Shown here: positions 13,882 to 25,744 of the stretch, piece by piece | Numbering within the stretch: position 1 is the stretch's first letter | Layout: each line of letters opens with the position of its first letter | Translations under genes and position numbers: made by a program | Assembly: GCA_951406725.2 (NCBI GenBank) | Contig: OX597833.1 | Span: 39,370,001-39,434,000, forward strand | DNA: 64,000 nt | Direction of reading: 5' to 3' | Source: Octopus vulgaris | Lineage: Eukaryota | The notes under the pieces: generated by a model | Seen by the model: the letters and a program-made list of their open reading frames with translations, nothing else | Told to the model about the DNA's origin: nothing | Database searches by the model: none

Positions 13882-13964
13882 GTGTGGCCTAGTGTTAGGG
13901 TGTGGCACTCAGGATCATGAAATTATGGTTTCAGTTCCTAGACCAGGAACTTTTTTCCCCCTTA

Positions 13965-14145
13965 ACACATACCTTGTTATCAGCTGGGCATGCTATATCT
14001 ATGATCCAGAATCATTTGCTTTCTTTCTCAATTAACACAATGTTTTCGTATTCTTTATCTCATGGTCGCACTGAATCATAAAATCCCTTAGGGTCTTCTT
14101 TACATTATCCTTTTTGATGATGCCTTCAGGTTTATGTTCGTACCA
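13965..14145 (-). mobile_element. R4/Dong-like fragment homologous to 9720-9895, abutting (ATT)n
   Basis: shares gggcatgctatatctatgatccag and tatctcatggtc.cactgaatcataaaatc with the 9400-10240 copy. Confidence 0.85.
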
Positions 14146-14166
14146 TTATTATTATTATTATTATCC

Positions 14167-14224
<58 letters not shown>

Positions 14225-14655
14225 TATTATTGTGGTTGTTGTAGTTGTTATTGTTATTATTATTATTATTATTTTTTTGATTTTGAGTGAACATGAACGG
14301 AATAAAACAGATGAACGGAATAAAACATTGTACACAACATAATACAATTAACGATCTGAACTCAACAAGAAAACTCTAAAAACACCTGCATTTGAAACAC
14401 TAAGAGCAAGAAAACGAAGAAACACATCTGGTTAATGTGATATCAACAACATCAATAAAAATAATAATTCGCAAATTTTAGCACAAAATCAACAATTCTA
14501 AGGGAGGAGTATATATCATTTACATTACTCAAAGTAGTTGACTGGTGATGTTTTAATTGACCTCAAGAGATATACACCTTTGCCTCAGTAAAATGAGGCC
14601 TGTATATCTGTATATACACACATACATACAAACATACATGCATACATGCATACAT

Positions 14656-14694
<39 letters not shown>

Positions 14695-15435
14695 GGGATA
14701 ATTCACAAAAAACAAAAGACAAAGACAGGTGGTGTAGACACAAACAGATGTATTAGTATAATGCTCAGGAAGTGAAAAAGTCTTTAACGTTTCGAGCCTA
14801 TGCTCTTCCACAGAAAGGAACACAGAAAGAAACAGGGAGAGAAAATAAAGAATGTGTAGTGGCTAGCGATCTATCATGGCGAATGCCGGACAGAGGGGTC
14901 ACACAGTAGAGCTATGAAGAAGGGGAGATAGTAAAGTAGTGGGGATCCCAAAACGATGTTTATATGTATGTTTAAGAGAGCATGTATGTGCGTGTGAAAG
15001 AGGGCTAGTGACCTTGACGTGTGCATGTGTATATGTGTAGATGTGTGGATGATGGTGTGGGGCTGGGAAGTGGTCAGTGCTAGTGTGTGTGTGTGGTGTG
15101 TGGTGTGGTGGTGTTGGGATATGGGGGAGGCGAGAGTAGGGAAAGCAAAGGTGGGGTGTGGGTTAGGCTGAGGGTGGGGGTAGAGGTGGGGTATGTTGGT
15201 TAGGCTGAGGGTAGAGGTAGAGGTAGGGTATATGGGAGTGGGTGTAAGGGATGGGGTAGGGGTATGATGGGAGGGATAGGGAAGGTGGGGTTGGATTGTG
15301 TAGGGGAGGGGTTACGAGGAAGGGGTGACGATGAAGAGAGAGGGGGAAGGTGGGTAGGAGTGAAGAGAAGAGAGAAGGAGAGTAGGAGTGAAGAGAAGAA
15401 GTATGAGTCGGAGCAAGAGAGGAGAGGTGGGTGGG
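14695..15435 (-). mobile_element. PLE-type terminal repeat fragment with hammerhead-like motif (14782-14817) and G-rich low-complexity segment
   Basis: 14695-14885 is homologous to the reverse complement of 21230-21428; rc cttt-CTGTGGA-a-gagc atag gctc-GAAA-cg-TT-aaag. Confidence 0.55.
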
Positions 15436-15438
15436 CTA

Positions 15439-15751
15439 TCTACTATAGCTTCGGGCTGACCAAAGTCCTGTGATGGATTTGGTAAATGGAAATTGAAAGA
15501 AGCCCATCGTATATGTATATATATATGCATATGTATGTATGTGTATATGTTTGTCACCCCAACATCTCTTGACAACCGATGCTGGTGTGTTTACATCCCC
15601 GTAACTTAGCCGGTCGGCAAAAGAGACTGATAGAATAAGTACTAGGCTTACAAAAAATAAGTTCTGGGGTCAATTTGTTTGTCTAAAGGTGGTGCTCCAG
15701 CATGGCCACAGTGAAATGACTGAAACAAGTAAAAGAGTAAAAGAGTAAAAG
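15439..15751 (+). mobile_element. SINE family A, 5' truncated
   Basis: ctactatagc...gaaagaagcccatcg...gactgaaacaagtaaaagag. Confidence 0.88.
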
Positions 15752-15991
15752 GATATATATATATTTAATCAATATAGGGTAGCAAAAAATTCAATAGAAA
15801 TTTTTTTCGCCACCAGCGGTCTAGTGAGAAAGAGAAAATAGTCAGAGACTATATATATATAAATTCAACAACAATTGAGGAACGACCTCAATAGGCCATT
15901 CAACCCACTAGAAAGAGCAGCCGGGACTCAAACCGCCAAGTAGTAGTTATTCAGAAATTAAAGGAAAATTAAAAAACATTTACCCTATTCA

Positions 15992-16100
15992 TCTTTAGAC
16001 AATGCATTGTTTCGACGTTTTTAATGGCAAACCAGCCTAATTAAATTAAATTAAACTTAATCAAGTCAATCTATCAAAGGCTACATCTCATCGGTAAAGA
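15992..16100 (-). ncRNA. type-I hammerhead ribozyme-like motif
   Basis: rc: tcttta-CCGATGA-gatg-(66 nt)-cgtc-GAAA-caatgcattg-TC-taaaga; stems I, II and III all pair. Confidence 0.65.
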
Positions 16101-17179
16101 AGCCAGGAGGGACAGATATACACGAGGCAGCAGTATCTATGCCCTGGGAATATCTGCCCTAAATTTGTGTGTATATATATATATATACACACATATATAT
16201 GTATGTATATATATATATATAAATGTATATATATATACATATATATATGTATGTATATATATGTGTATATATATTCCATGTCCCACTGAAAAAAAAAGAG
16301 AAAATAAGTTTGGATCCCGTACCCCACCATAATTTATCCATGCTTCACCAGTGGGGCATATTCACTACATTGGGAATCACTGGGCTAGTTAGGAAAGCAT
16401 GGCGTGATTAATCAATCACAAAGGGTGTATTTCACAGAGAAGTGTGTAAAAGCAAATATTAAACAGGATGTATACTGGTGAAAGATCACTCATCTTTGAC
16501 CTTTACTATTGTCTCTCTGCATTACCCTACTGATCATCCAGTACATAGGATACAATAGATGTGTGCAGTTCAATCTCAGAACAATAATCACAATTTTTCA
16601 TAACTGGTTAACAGAGAATTAGTTTCACATTATGATCCATAATTATATTATTGAATGAGCTTAACATTTAGGGTGAGTTTTATCATCTTTGATGGATGTG
16701 AAGCTCTCATCTAACACACCCAGAATATATGTTACTATAACACTGATGCATGAAGATGGTGACAGAAGTCAACTGCAACAGTTACTCACTTGACTTAGAT
16801 TTCATACAGTTTATCCAATATTTTACTTAAAATAATATGGTTTTACATGTATATATATATATAAAAATGTATATACATATATATTCACAAAGGTATAGAG
16901 AGAGGCAGCCTGTCTGAAAACTATGGAAATATTTACCTATTCAAAGACTATGAATATATTTACAAAACATTTCCACCTAATTTTTTTCTCCAATTTAATT
17001 GTTTTCTTATTTTACTCTTTGTTGAAAAAGTCTAAAAAGACAGAAACCGGTACTAAAATTTACTTCATGATAAAATTGTTTTAGCATTTTCTATCTTGTC
17101 TTATTTTCTTTATATACATATCAACTTATGTGTTACTTTTCTACCTTCTACATATATATGTATATACAGGTATATATTC

Positions 17180-17386
17180 TTTTTCTTTTACTTGTTTCAG
17201 TCATTTTGACAGTAGCCATACTGGAGCACTGCTTTTTAGTTGAACAAATCAACTCCATGACTTATTATTTGTAAGCCTAGTACTTATTCTATCAGTCTCT
17301 ATTGCCAAACCAGTAAGTTATGGGGAAGTAAACACACCAGCATTGGTTGTTGATCGATGGTAGGGGGACAAACACAGACACACAAA

Positions 17387-17390
<4 letters not shown>
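17180..17390 (-). mobile_element. SINE family A, 3' half
   Basis: tttacttgtttcagtcatt...gggacaaacacagacacac. Confidence 0.85.
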
Positions 17391-17420
<30 letters not shown>

Positions 17421-17427
17421 CATATAC

Positions 17428-17493
<66 letters not shown>

Positions 17494-17494
17494 A

Positions 17495-17990
17495 AATCAA
17501 AATAGATGAACATCAATGGAATTTGTATCTTTGTGGTACCAGTGCCGGTGGCACACAAGAAAACCATCCGAACGTGGCCGTAGCCAGTACCGCATCAACT
17601 GGCCTCCATGCTGTGGGCACGTAACAAACACCATCCGATCGTGGCCGTTCGCCAGCCTCATCTGGCACCTGTGTCGGTGGCACATAAAAACACCATCCGA
17701 GCGTGGCCGTCTGCCAGCCTCGTCTGGCACCTGTGTCGGTGGCACATAAAAAACACCATCCGAGCGTGGCCGTTCAGCCTCGTCTGGCACCTGTGTCGGT
17801 GGCACATAAAATCACCCACTACACTCTCGGAGTGGTTGGCGTTAGGAAGGGCATCCAGCTGTAGAAACACTGCCAGATCTGACTTGCCTGGTGCAGCCTT
17901 CGGGCTCCCCAGACCCCAGTTGAACCGTCCAACCCATGCTAGCATGGAAAGCGGACATTAAATGATGATGATGATGATGATGATGATGAT
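17495..17990 (+). mobile_element. SINE-like family D with internal ~55-bp tandem units and (GAT)n tail
   Basis: repeated ggcacctgtgtcggtggcacataaaaacaccatccgagcgtggccgt units, then ggcgttaggaagggcatccagctgtagaaac...catggaaagcggac.ttaaa(tga)n. Confidence 0.85.
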
Positions 17991-18189
17991 ATATATATGC
18001 ATATATCATCATCATCATTTAATGTCTGTCTTCCAGACCGGTGAGAGTTGGACAAATATATAAATAGACACACACATACACACACATACATACATATATG
18101 CATGCATACATACATCCATCCATCCATCCATCCATCCATCCATACATACATACATACATGCATACATATATATGTGTATGTATGTATGT

Positions 18190-18472
18190 ATCATCATCAT
18201 CATCATCATCGTTTAGCGTCCGCCCTTCCTAACGCCAACCACTCCATGAGTGTAGTGGGTGCTTTTTATGTGCCAGACGAGTCTGGCAAACGGCCATGAT
18301 CGGATGATGCTTTTTACGTGCCACTGGCACAGGGGCCAGGTGAGGCAGGCAACGCCTACGAACGGATGGTGCTTGTTACGTGCCACTGGCATGAGGCCAG
18401 TCTGGGCGGCGCTGGCAACGGCCACAAATGGATGGTGCCTTTTACGTGCCACCGGCACGTATATATATATAC

Positions 18473-18538
<66 letters not shown>

Positions 18539-19100
18539 ACATATATATATATACATATATATATATATATGTTTATATATATATATATATACATATATAT
18601 GCATGTCCTTTATGGCCATCTCCCCACTTACTCTCTCAGCTGAGTTCTGCTTGTCTTGTGGGCTTGCAGGTGTTGGTGCCATGTAAAAGCACTTGTGTTG
18701 GGGCTACATAATAGCACCCAGTACAGTCTGTGAAGTGGATGGCATTACGAAATGCATCAAGCCATAGGAACCATGCAAAACAGACAATTAGACCCTGGAG
18801 CAGCTCACCAGCTGGCCAGATTCTGTCAAAATGGCCAACCCAGGTCAGCATGGAAAGCATCATTATTAAATGATGATGATGATGATAGTATCATCATCAT
18901 CGTTTAATGCCTGCTTTCCATGCTAGCAATGATCTGTCCAGACTCTGACTGTCTGTTGTGACATGGTTTCTATGACTGGATGCCTTTCCTAATGCCATCC
19001 ACTTCACAGAGTGTACTGGGTCCTTTTTATCTGCCACCAGCACAGGTCTGCTTACGTAGCACTGTCATGGGTGCTTTTTAAGTGGTAGCGGCACCTGAGA
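18190..19100. mobile_element. cluster of family D fragments in both orientations
   Basis: ccttcctaacgccaaccactcc (minus, about 18223), tandem units 18255-18460, plus copy about 18620-18885, minus copy about 18890-19100. Confidence 0.75.
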
Positions 19101-19141
19101 GTTGAAATCTGTATATGTGGAAGACAGTAATTTTACACACA

Positions 19142-19230
<89 letters not shown>

Positions 19231-19404
19231 ACACATTCATAATGTCATGTTTAAGCATTACTAATAACCAAATATATCTCAGCTCAAAACAAGAGATCAT
19301 ATTGAACTCCGAAAGTTCATGTGTAAAATGCATTTCCATGTTCAATGTTGCACAAACTACAGGATCAGCTATAATGGGTGAATAGAGCAAAATACATTTA
19401 AAAG

Positions 19405-20615
19405 GACAGCAGAAAGCAATATCAGTGATATTTGAAAAAGTTCTTCCCTGCAGCTCTTTCAATAACTCATTATATAACATTACAATAACAATTATTTAGC
19501 ACTTAAGAATCACACTATCAAGGGTCTTTTGAAATTTGAGTTCCAAATTCAAATTGGCTCTTGTAAAGGTTGGAGATTCAAAGGGGAAAAAATATAAGAA
19601 AAAGAAAATAAAGAAAAGAAAGGTAAAGAAAATGAAGATGGAATGGCGTAGGAGTGGCTGTGTGGTAAGTAGCTTGCATACAAACCACATGGTTCCAGGT
19701 TCAGTCCCACTGCGTGGTACCTTAGGCAAGTGTCTTCTACTATAGCCTCGGGTCGACCAAAGCCTTGTGAGTGGATTTGGTAGACAGAAACTGAAAGAAG
19801 CCCATTGTATATATGTATATATATATATGTGTGTGTGTGTATGTTTGTGTGTCTGTGTTTGTTCCCCCTCCCCCGCAACATCGCTTGACAACTGATGGTC
19901 GTGTGTTTACGTCCCCGTAACTTAGCGGTTCAGCGAAATAGACCGATAGAATAAGTACTAGGCTTACATAGAATAAGTCCTGGGGTCGATTTGTTCAACT
20001 AAAGGCGGTGCTCCAGCATGGCCACAGTCAAATGACTGAAACAAGTAAAGAATTTGGAATATAAAGAGGGGAAAAGGAAGGAATAAGTAACAAATTAAAC
20101 AAAATTTTTTTCAAAATATCTAACAGGGAATGAGAACATGGGTACTGAAGTTAGTCCTTGTAAGATTAAGGACTATGATTTAGTGTCCTTAATCTTCCAA
20201 TGGCCAGCTTCACAATCTCCAGCCTAATCAAGAACCAATTTGAATTTGAAATTCGAATTTCAAAAGACCCTTGATGGTGTGATCCTTGAGTGCTAAATAA
20301 TTGTTATTGTAATGTTATATAAGGAGTTATTGAAAGAGGTGCAGGGAAGAATATTTTCAAATATCACTGATATTGTTTACTGTGTATCTCTTTATTTTTG
20401 AATATTTTATTTTTTTTCTTTATTTCTTTTTGTTGCCCTTTTTATCGTTACATTCCTTCATCCTTCTTCCTTTGAATCTTCAACCTGTATATGAGCTGAT
20501 GATGATGTAATTCTTGAGTGTTATATAAATCTATATTTATAATCGTTGTTGTCATGTTATGTAATTAATTATTGAAACAGCTGTAGGAAAGAATGCTTGA
20601 AAATATCACTGTTCT
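19405..20615. repeat. inverted pair plus third copy of a PLE-type terminal repeat, spanning a SINE insertion
   Basis: 19410-19563 is the reverse complement of 20229-20382; 20470-20611 is a diverged third copy with CTGATGA...GAAACAGCTGTA. Confidence 0.75.
19645..20052 (+). mobile_element. SINE family A, full length
   Basis: ggcgtaggagtggctgtgtggtaag head to gactgaaacaagtaaag tail. Confidence 0.93.
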
Positions 20616-21229
20616 GTCAAATGTGTTTATATGTATATATGTGTATATGTGTGTATCTGTTTGTATTTATATATATCTATATGTATATGTAAATATGCAC
20701 ATATGTGTGCATGGTATATACACATATATGTGAGTGTGTGTAGATATGTATACATGTGCTTTATAAAATTTATTAAAATTGTTTGCAAGCAACATCAGCA
20801 ACAACAGTAGCAACAGTTGCTATCAACTAACTTACAGAGATGTAAACAAACCAACACTAATTGTCACAGAGAGGGGGTGAAATAAACATAGACATAGACA
20901 CATACACACACACACACACACACACATATATATGTATGTATGTGTCTGGTTTCTATATACTTCCTTCTTGACTTACTATGTTTCTTCTCTTATTCAATTT
21001 TTAGTTCCTTATACTATGTAGATTGTGTCTGATGACTGTGAGAAACTAATAGTAGCGCATAAAAACATGTATTGTGTCTATTAAATAACATTCATCTCTC
21101 ACCAGATGGAGTACTTTTTTGTTGATCCTACCATATATATGCATGTGTATGTATATAAATATATATACGTACACCCAATGACTTCATGGAAGAAAGGATG
21201 TTAAATGATGAATATGATATATATATATA

Positions 21230-21426
21230 ACGCCATGTTAGATCATTAGCTCCTACATGCATTTTTTCTCTCTCCTTGTTTTTTTTCTGTGTATTTTTCT
21301 GTCGAAGAGCATAGGCTCGAAACGTAAAAGACTTGTTCTATTTCTATTCCTGAACACCATACTAATACATTTGTTTGTTTGTACTCCACCTGTCTTCGTC
21401 TTTTGTTTATTTTCGTAAACCTTCCC

Positions 21427-21428
<2 letters not shown>
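21230..21428 (+). mobile_element. PLE-type terminal repeat fragment with hammerhead-like motif (21295-21330)
   Basis: tttt-CTGTCGA-a-gagc atag gctc-GAAA-cg-TA-aaag; homologous to 14695-14885. Confidence 0.55.
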
Positions 21429-21470
<42 letters not shown>

Positions 21471-21514
21471 AATATAAATATTTGTGTGTATATATATACG
21501 TGTATATGTATGGG

Positions 21515-21662
21515 TTTCCAGGTAACAGATTCATTCACAAGGCTTTCATTGGCCTAGGGCTACAGTAAAAATTACTTGCCCAAGTTGCTGCATTGAGGGA
21601 CTCAACCTGAAGCAATGTGGTTAGAAAGCTAACCTCTTAACTACACAGCCATGCTTGCACCT
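21515..21662 (-). mobile_element. SINE family A, 5' part, diverged
   Basis: attcacaaggcttt...acttgcccaag...ctacacagccatgc. Confidence 0.7.
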
Positions 21663-21670
21663 TTATATGC

Positions 21671-21701
<31 letters not shown>

Positions 21702-21769
21702 TATATATATACATGTATATATATGTGTGTATATATATATATACACTCACACACACACATATATGTATG

Positions 21770-21817
<48 letters not shown>

Positions 21818-22139
21818 AAGTTCAAATGATTTATTAAAATTCTTTGCAAACAACAACAACAACAACAACAGCAACATCAACAACAGTAACAGCAGTAGCG
21901 GCAGCAGCAGCAGCGGTGGCTGTCAGCTATTATTGCTGCTAGTTTGGTTGGTTGCTACTTATTGGGCGACATTATTTCTCTTTGATGATATCCTGAGAGC
22001 TTCCATGAACAGGATTCTTCGTAATGGATTGCTTAATATCTAGGATAGCATTCAATTATTGCATTAGCATTTGTATATAGCATTTGTACACTGTAACTAG
22101 AATAAATGGGTTGAGGATGGGGATGGCGCTTGAGTAAGA

Positions 22140-24020
22140 GGGTGTGTGTGTGTACGTGTGTGTGTGTGTGTATGTGTTGTGTGTGTGTGTAATAGTGTGT
22201 TGTGTATGAGTCAGTATGTGAATGTATACATGTGTCAGTGAATGTGTATGTACGTGTGTGTGTGTGAGTATGTGCGTGTGTGTGTGTGAGTGTGCGCATG
22301 TGTGTCTGTGTGTGTGTGAGTGCATGTGTATGAGTGTGTTATGTATGAGTCAGTATGTGAATGTGTACATGTGTCAGTGAATGTGTATATGTGTGTGTGT
22401 GAGAATGTGTGTGTATGTGTGTGTGAGTGCGTGTGTATGTACAAGTCAGTATGTGAATGTGTACATATGTGTTGGTGAATGTGTATGTACGTGTGTGTCT
22501 GAGTATGTGTGAGAGTGTGTGTGTGTGAGTGCATGTGTATGAGTGTGTGATGTATGAGTCAGTATGTGAATGTGTACATGTGTCAGTGAATGAGTATATG
22601 TGTGTGTGTGAGAATGTGTGTGTGTGTGTGAGTGCGTGTGTATGAGTGTGTGATGTATGTGTCAGTATGGGAATGTGTACATATGTGTTGGTGAAACTGT
22701 ATATATGTGTGTGTGAGTATGTGTGTGTGAGTGTGTGTGTATGAGTGTGTGATGTATGTGTCAGTATGTGAATGTGATATGTGTGTGTGAGTATGTGTGT
22801 GTGTGTGTGTGTGAGTATATGTGTGTGTGTGTGTGTGAGTGTGTGTGTGTGCTTGGCTATGTGATGTACATATCAGTCTGTGAATGTGCATATGTGTGTG
22901 TGTGTGTGAGTATGTATGCGTGTGTGTGCATGTGTGAGTGTGTGCATTTGACTATGTGATATATGTGTCAGTGTGTAAATGTTTATGTATGTGTGTGTGC
23001 GTATGTGAATGAATATGTGTGTTTGACTATGTGATGCGTGAGTGTGTGAATGTGTATAATGTGTATGTATGTGTGTATTTGTTTGTGTATGTATGTGTGT
23101 GTCATGTGTGAATGTATGTATGCATGTGTAAGTGTTTGTGTATGTGTGTGGGTGTGTGTGTTTGGCTATATGATGTATGTGTGAGTGTATGAATGTGTAT
23201 GTATGTGTATATATATCTACCTGTGTACATGAGAATGTGTGAATGTGTGCTTATATGAGTGTGTGATGTGTGTCAGTTTGAGTGTACATGGGAATGTCTT
23301 GTGCATGTGTGTGTGTGAGAGAAAGAGAGTGAGTTTGTGTGTGTATGTATGTGTGAATGTGTGTATATGTGCCTGTATCTACATGTGTAGATGTGTGTGT
23401 GAATGTGTGCTTCTGTGTATGTGTGTGTGATGTGAGTCTATCATTTTGTGCATACATGTGAATGCCTTGTGCATGTGTGTGAGTGTATGCGAGTGTATTT
23501 GTATGTGTATGTATGTGGAAATGCATGTGTGTGAATGTGTGTCTAAATGTGTGTGTGTGTGTGTGAATATGTGCTTGTGTGAGTGAGTGGTGTAAGTGTA
23601 TCAGTTTGTGCATATATGTGAATGTCTTGTATGTGTGTGTGTGTGTGTGTCTGTGTGTGTGTGTGTATGAGTGTATGTGTGATTGTGTGTGCATGTGTGC
23701 CTCTCTCTATGTGCTTAAATGCATGTGTGTGAATGTGTATGTGATATCTAGGCATCTGTCTGTGAGTGTATGTGAGTGTGTGTGCATGTGCGTATATGTG
23801 CATGTATCTAGATGTGTAAATATGTGTGTGTGAACGTGTTTGTGATAGAACCATATCAATCCATGAGTGTGTAAAAGTGTGCATTTGTGTGTGTATGTGT
23901 GTGTTTGTGTGTGTGTGAGTGTGTTTGTGTGTGTGTGAGTGTGTGTACATGTGTGTCTATATGTGTGCACATGTATGAACATGTGTGTGTGTGTGCGTCT
24001 ATCTGTGTTTGTATATGTGT
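22140..24020. repeat. TG-rich low-complexity region with a higher-order repeat unit
   Basis: recurring gtcagtatgtgaatgtgtacat(a)tgtg within (TG)n. Confidence 0.85.
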
Positions 24021-24261
24021 GTTGTTGTTGTTGGTGATGATGATGATGATGATGGTGCTGATGAATGATGATGAATGAACCTTCATTGTGGTTGATCAAC
24101 CAATCCCAACCAGGCAGGATTAACAGCACGTGATGTTCTTTTTATCCTTCCAATCACCAAAATACAAAACAGGGCTTGCAAGACATCTATTTGGATGATT
24201 TTTTTCTGAGTTACCATCTCACCCTTATATGCAAATCCATCATAAGGTTATCCAATGACAA

Positions 24262-24358
24262 CTGAGTGAACTGGAACAACATGAAATGAAGTGTCTTGCT
24301 CAAGAACACAACACATCATCTGGTCCAGGATTTGAAATCATGGTCTTGCAATCATAAG
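24262..24358 (-). mobile_element. SINE family B fragment
   Basis: ctgagtgaactggaacaacatgaaatgaagtgtcttgctcaagaacac. Confidence 0.7.
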
Positions 24359-25409
24359 TATGTAGGATTTTTTGTTATCTATCTCTGTGTGATATCTGCA
24401 CTTGTTGGGTTCTTCATACATTTCCCTACAATGTTGGAGAAAGGAATAAAACGGCAGGAATGTGAATCACTGAACAAATAACAATAATAGTTTATTATTT
24501 TCACAGAAGGAGATACTTCATCGCTGGTCATCGGTAGCGTGAACGCCAGGGTTAGGAAAACAGCAGAGTCGGATTAAATCACCATGGTTAAAACAGTCTT
24601 CACTGCCCGCCGAGTCTGGTTCACTCTTCACTCGGAGCCTTATCGTCTTAAGTCATCGACCGCCAAGAACCAAGAAGCTTGGAATAGCGGGAAAGGCTAA
24701 CTGCTCCTGATTATGGCACATACGCATCAGGGGACTTCCGGCAGGCCTATCGGAAGACACCAAACATTGTACATGCGCAGATGGACATCCCAAAATAGCA
24801 TCTAAAACCTGGCCTCACTACAAGTGCAACACCCCAGCCACTAAGCCATAGTTAAAGATAGTTGTACTATTCATGGTGGGCATGACAGAGATACCGGCAG
24901 TGTTCATTTTGTTGTTTATACTTGTGTTGTTGTTTGTGCGTTTCTTTATAAAAATATGTGTATTTGTGAGAGTGTATATGTGTGAGTTTCTGTATATACT
25001 TGTGTCTGTGTTTTTGTGCATGTTGAGTTTTCCATGTGTATAAGCCATGTTTACATATATCTGCATGTGTATGTATGTGCATGTGCTAATGTATGTCTGT
25101 CTTAACGTATGTATGACTACATGCCTATTTATTCAAATTTCTCTTCTCTCTCTATCTACTTATCTATGAATCTATCTATCTACCTGTCATTCTTGAGGTT
25201 TTGACTCTCTGCAGATTTGTAGGAGTGGGTGATCATATGTGGAACGCCTAAATAATTTAAAACCTGACACAGTTGATCCCTAGCCACATCTGGACATAGG
25301 TGATATATTCCTGATGAAAAATAAAATTTGGATGAAAAGATTTAACTCTAAGACAACATGGAATTCATAGAGAAAATAACTGGAAAATTAAATCTGAGTG
25401 TATTTGATA

Positions 25410-25442
<33 letters not shown>

Positions 25443-25563
25443 GACTTAACTACATCTAAAGCTACCATTTATAAGTAGGTGTGACTTGGTAGCATTTGCT
25501 TATGGGAGTTCTGAGTGGACATGGCTTGACCCAGCAGAATCTTCAGATGTGACAGCTTGAGAG

Positions 25564-25600
<37 letters not shown>

Positions 25601-25744
25601 GTGAGTGAGTGAGTGAGTGAGTGAGTGAGTTTGAGAGAGTGAGAGAGAGAGGTGGCTTGTACTAACATTCAGCTAATACTTTCTTATCAAACCCTACAGG
25701 GAGATTTGATCTTAGAGACAAGAGAGCCGGCTTAAATATCCATT

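Noticed and set aside
15160-15210. Telomeric repeats (ggttagg)
   Set aside because: Only two isolated ggttaggc copies, no (TTAGGG)n array
17530-17815. CRISPR-like repeat array
   Set aside because: Units are contiguous and homologous throughout with no unique spacers; eukaryotic context; no cas genes
21029-21080. Further hammerhead (CTGATGA...AAAACATGTA)
   Set aside because: GAAA is mutated and stem I does not pair; too degenerate to count
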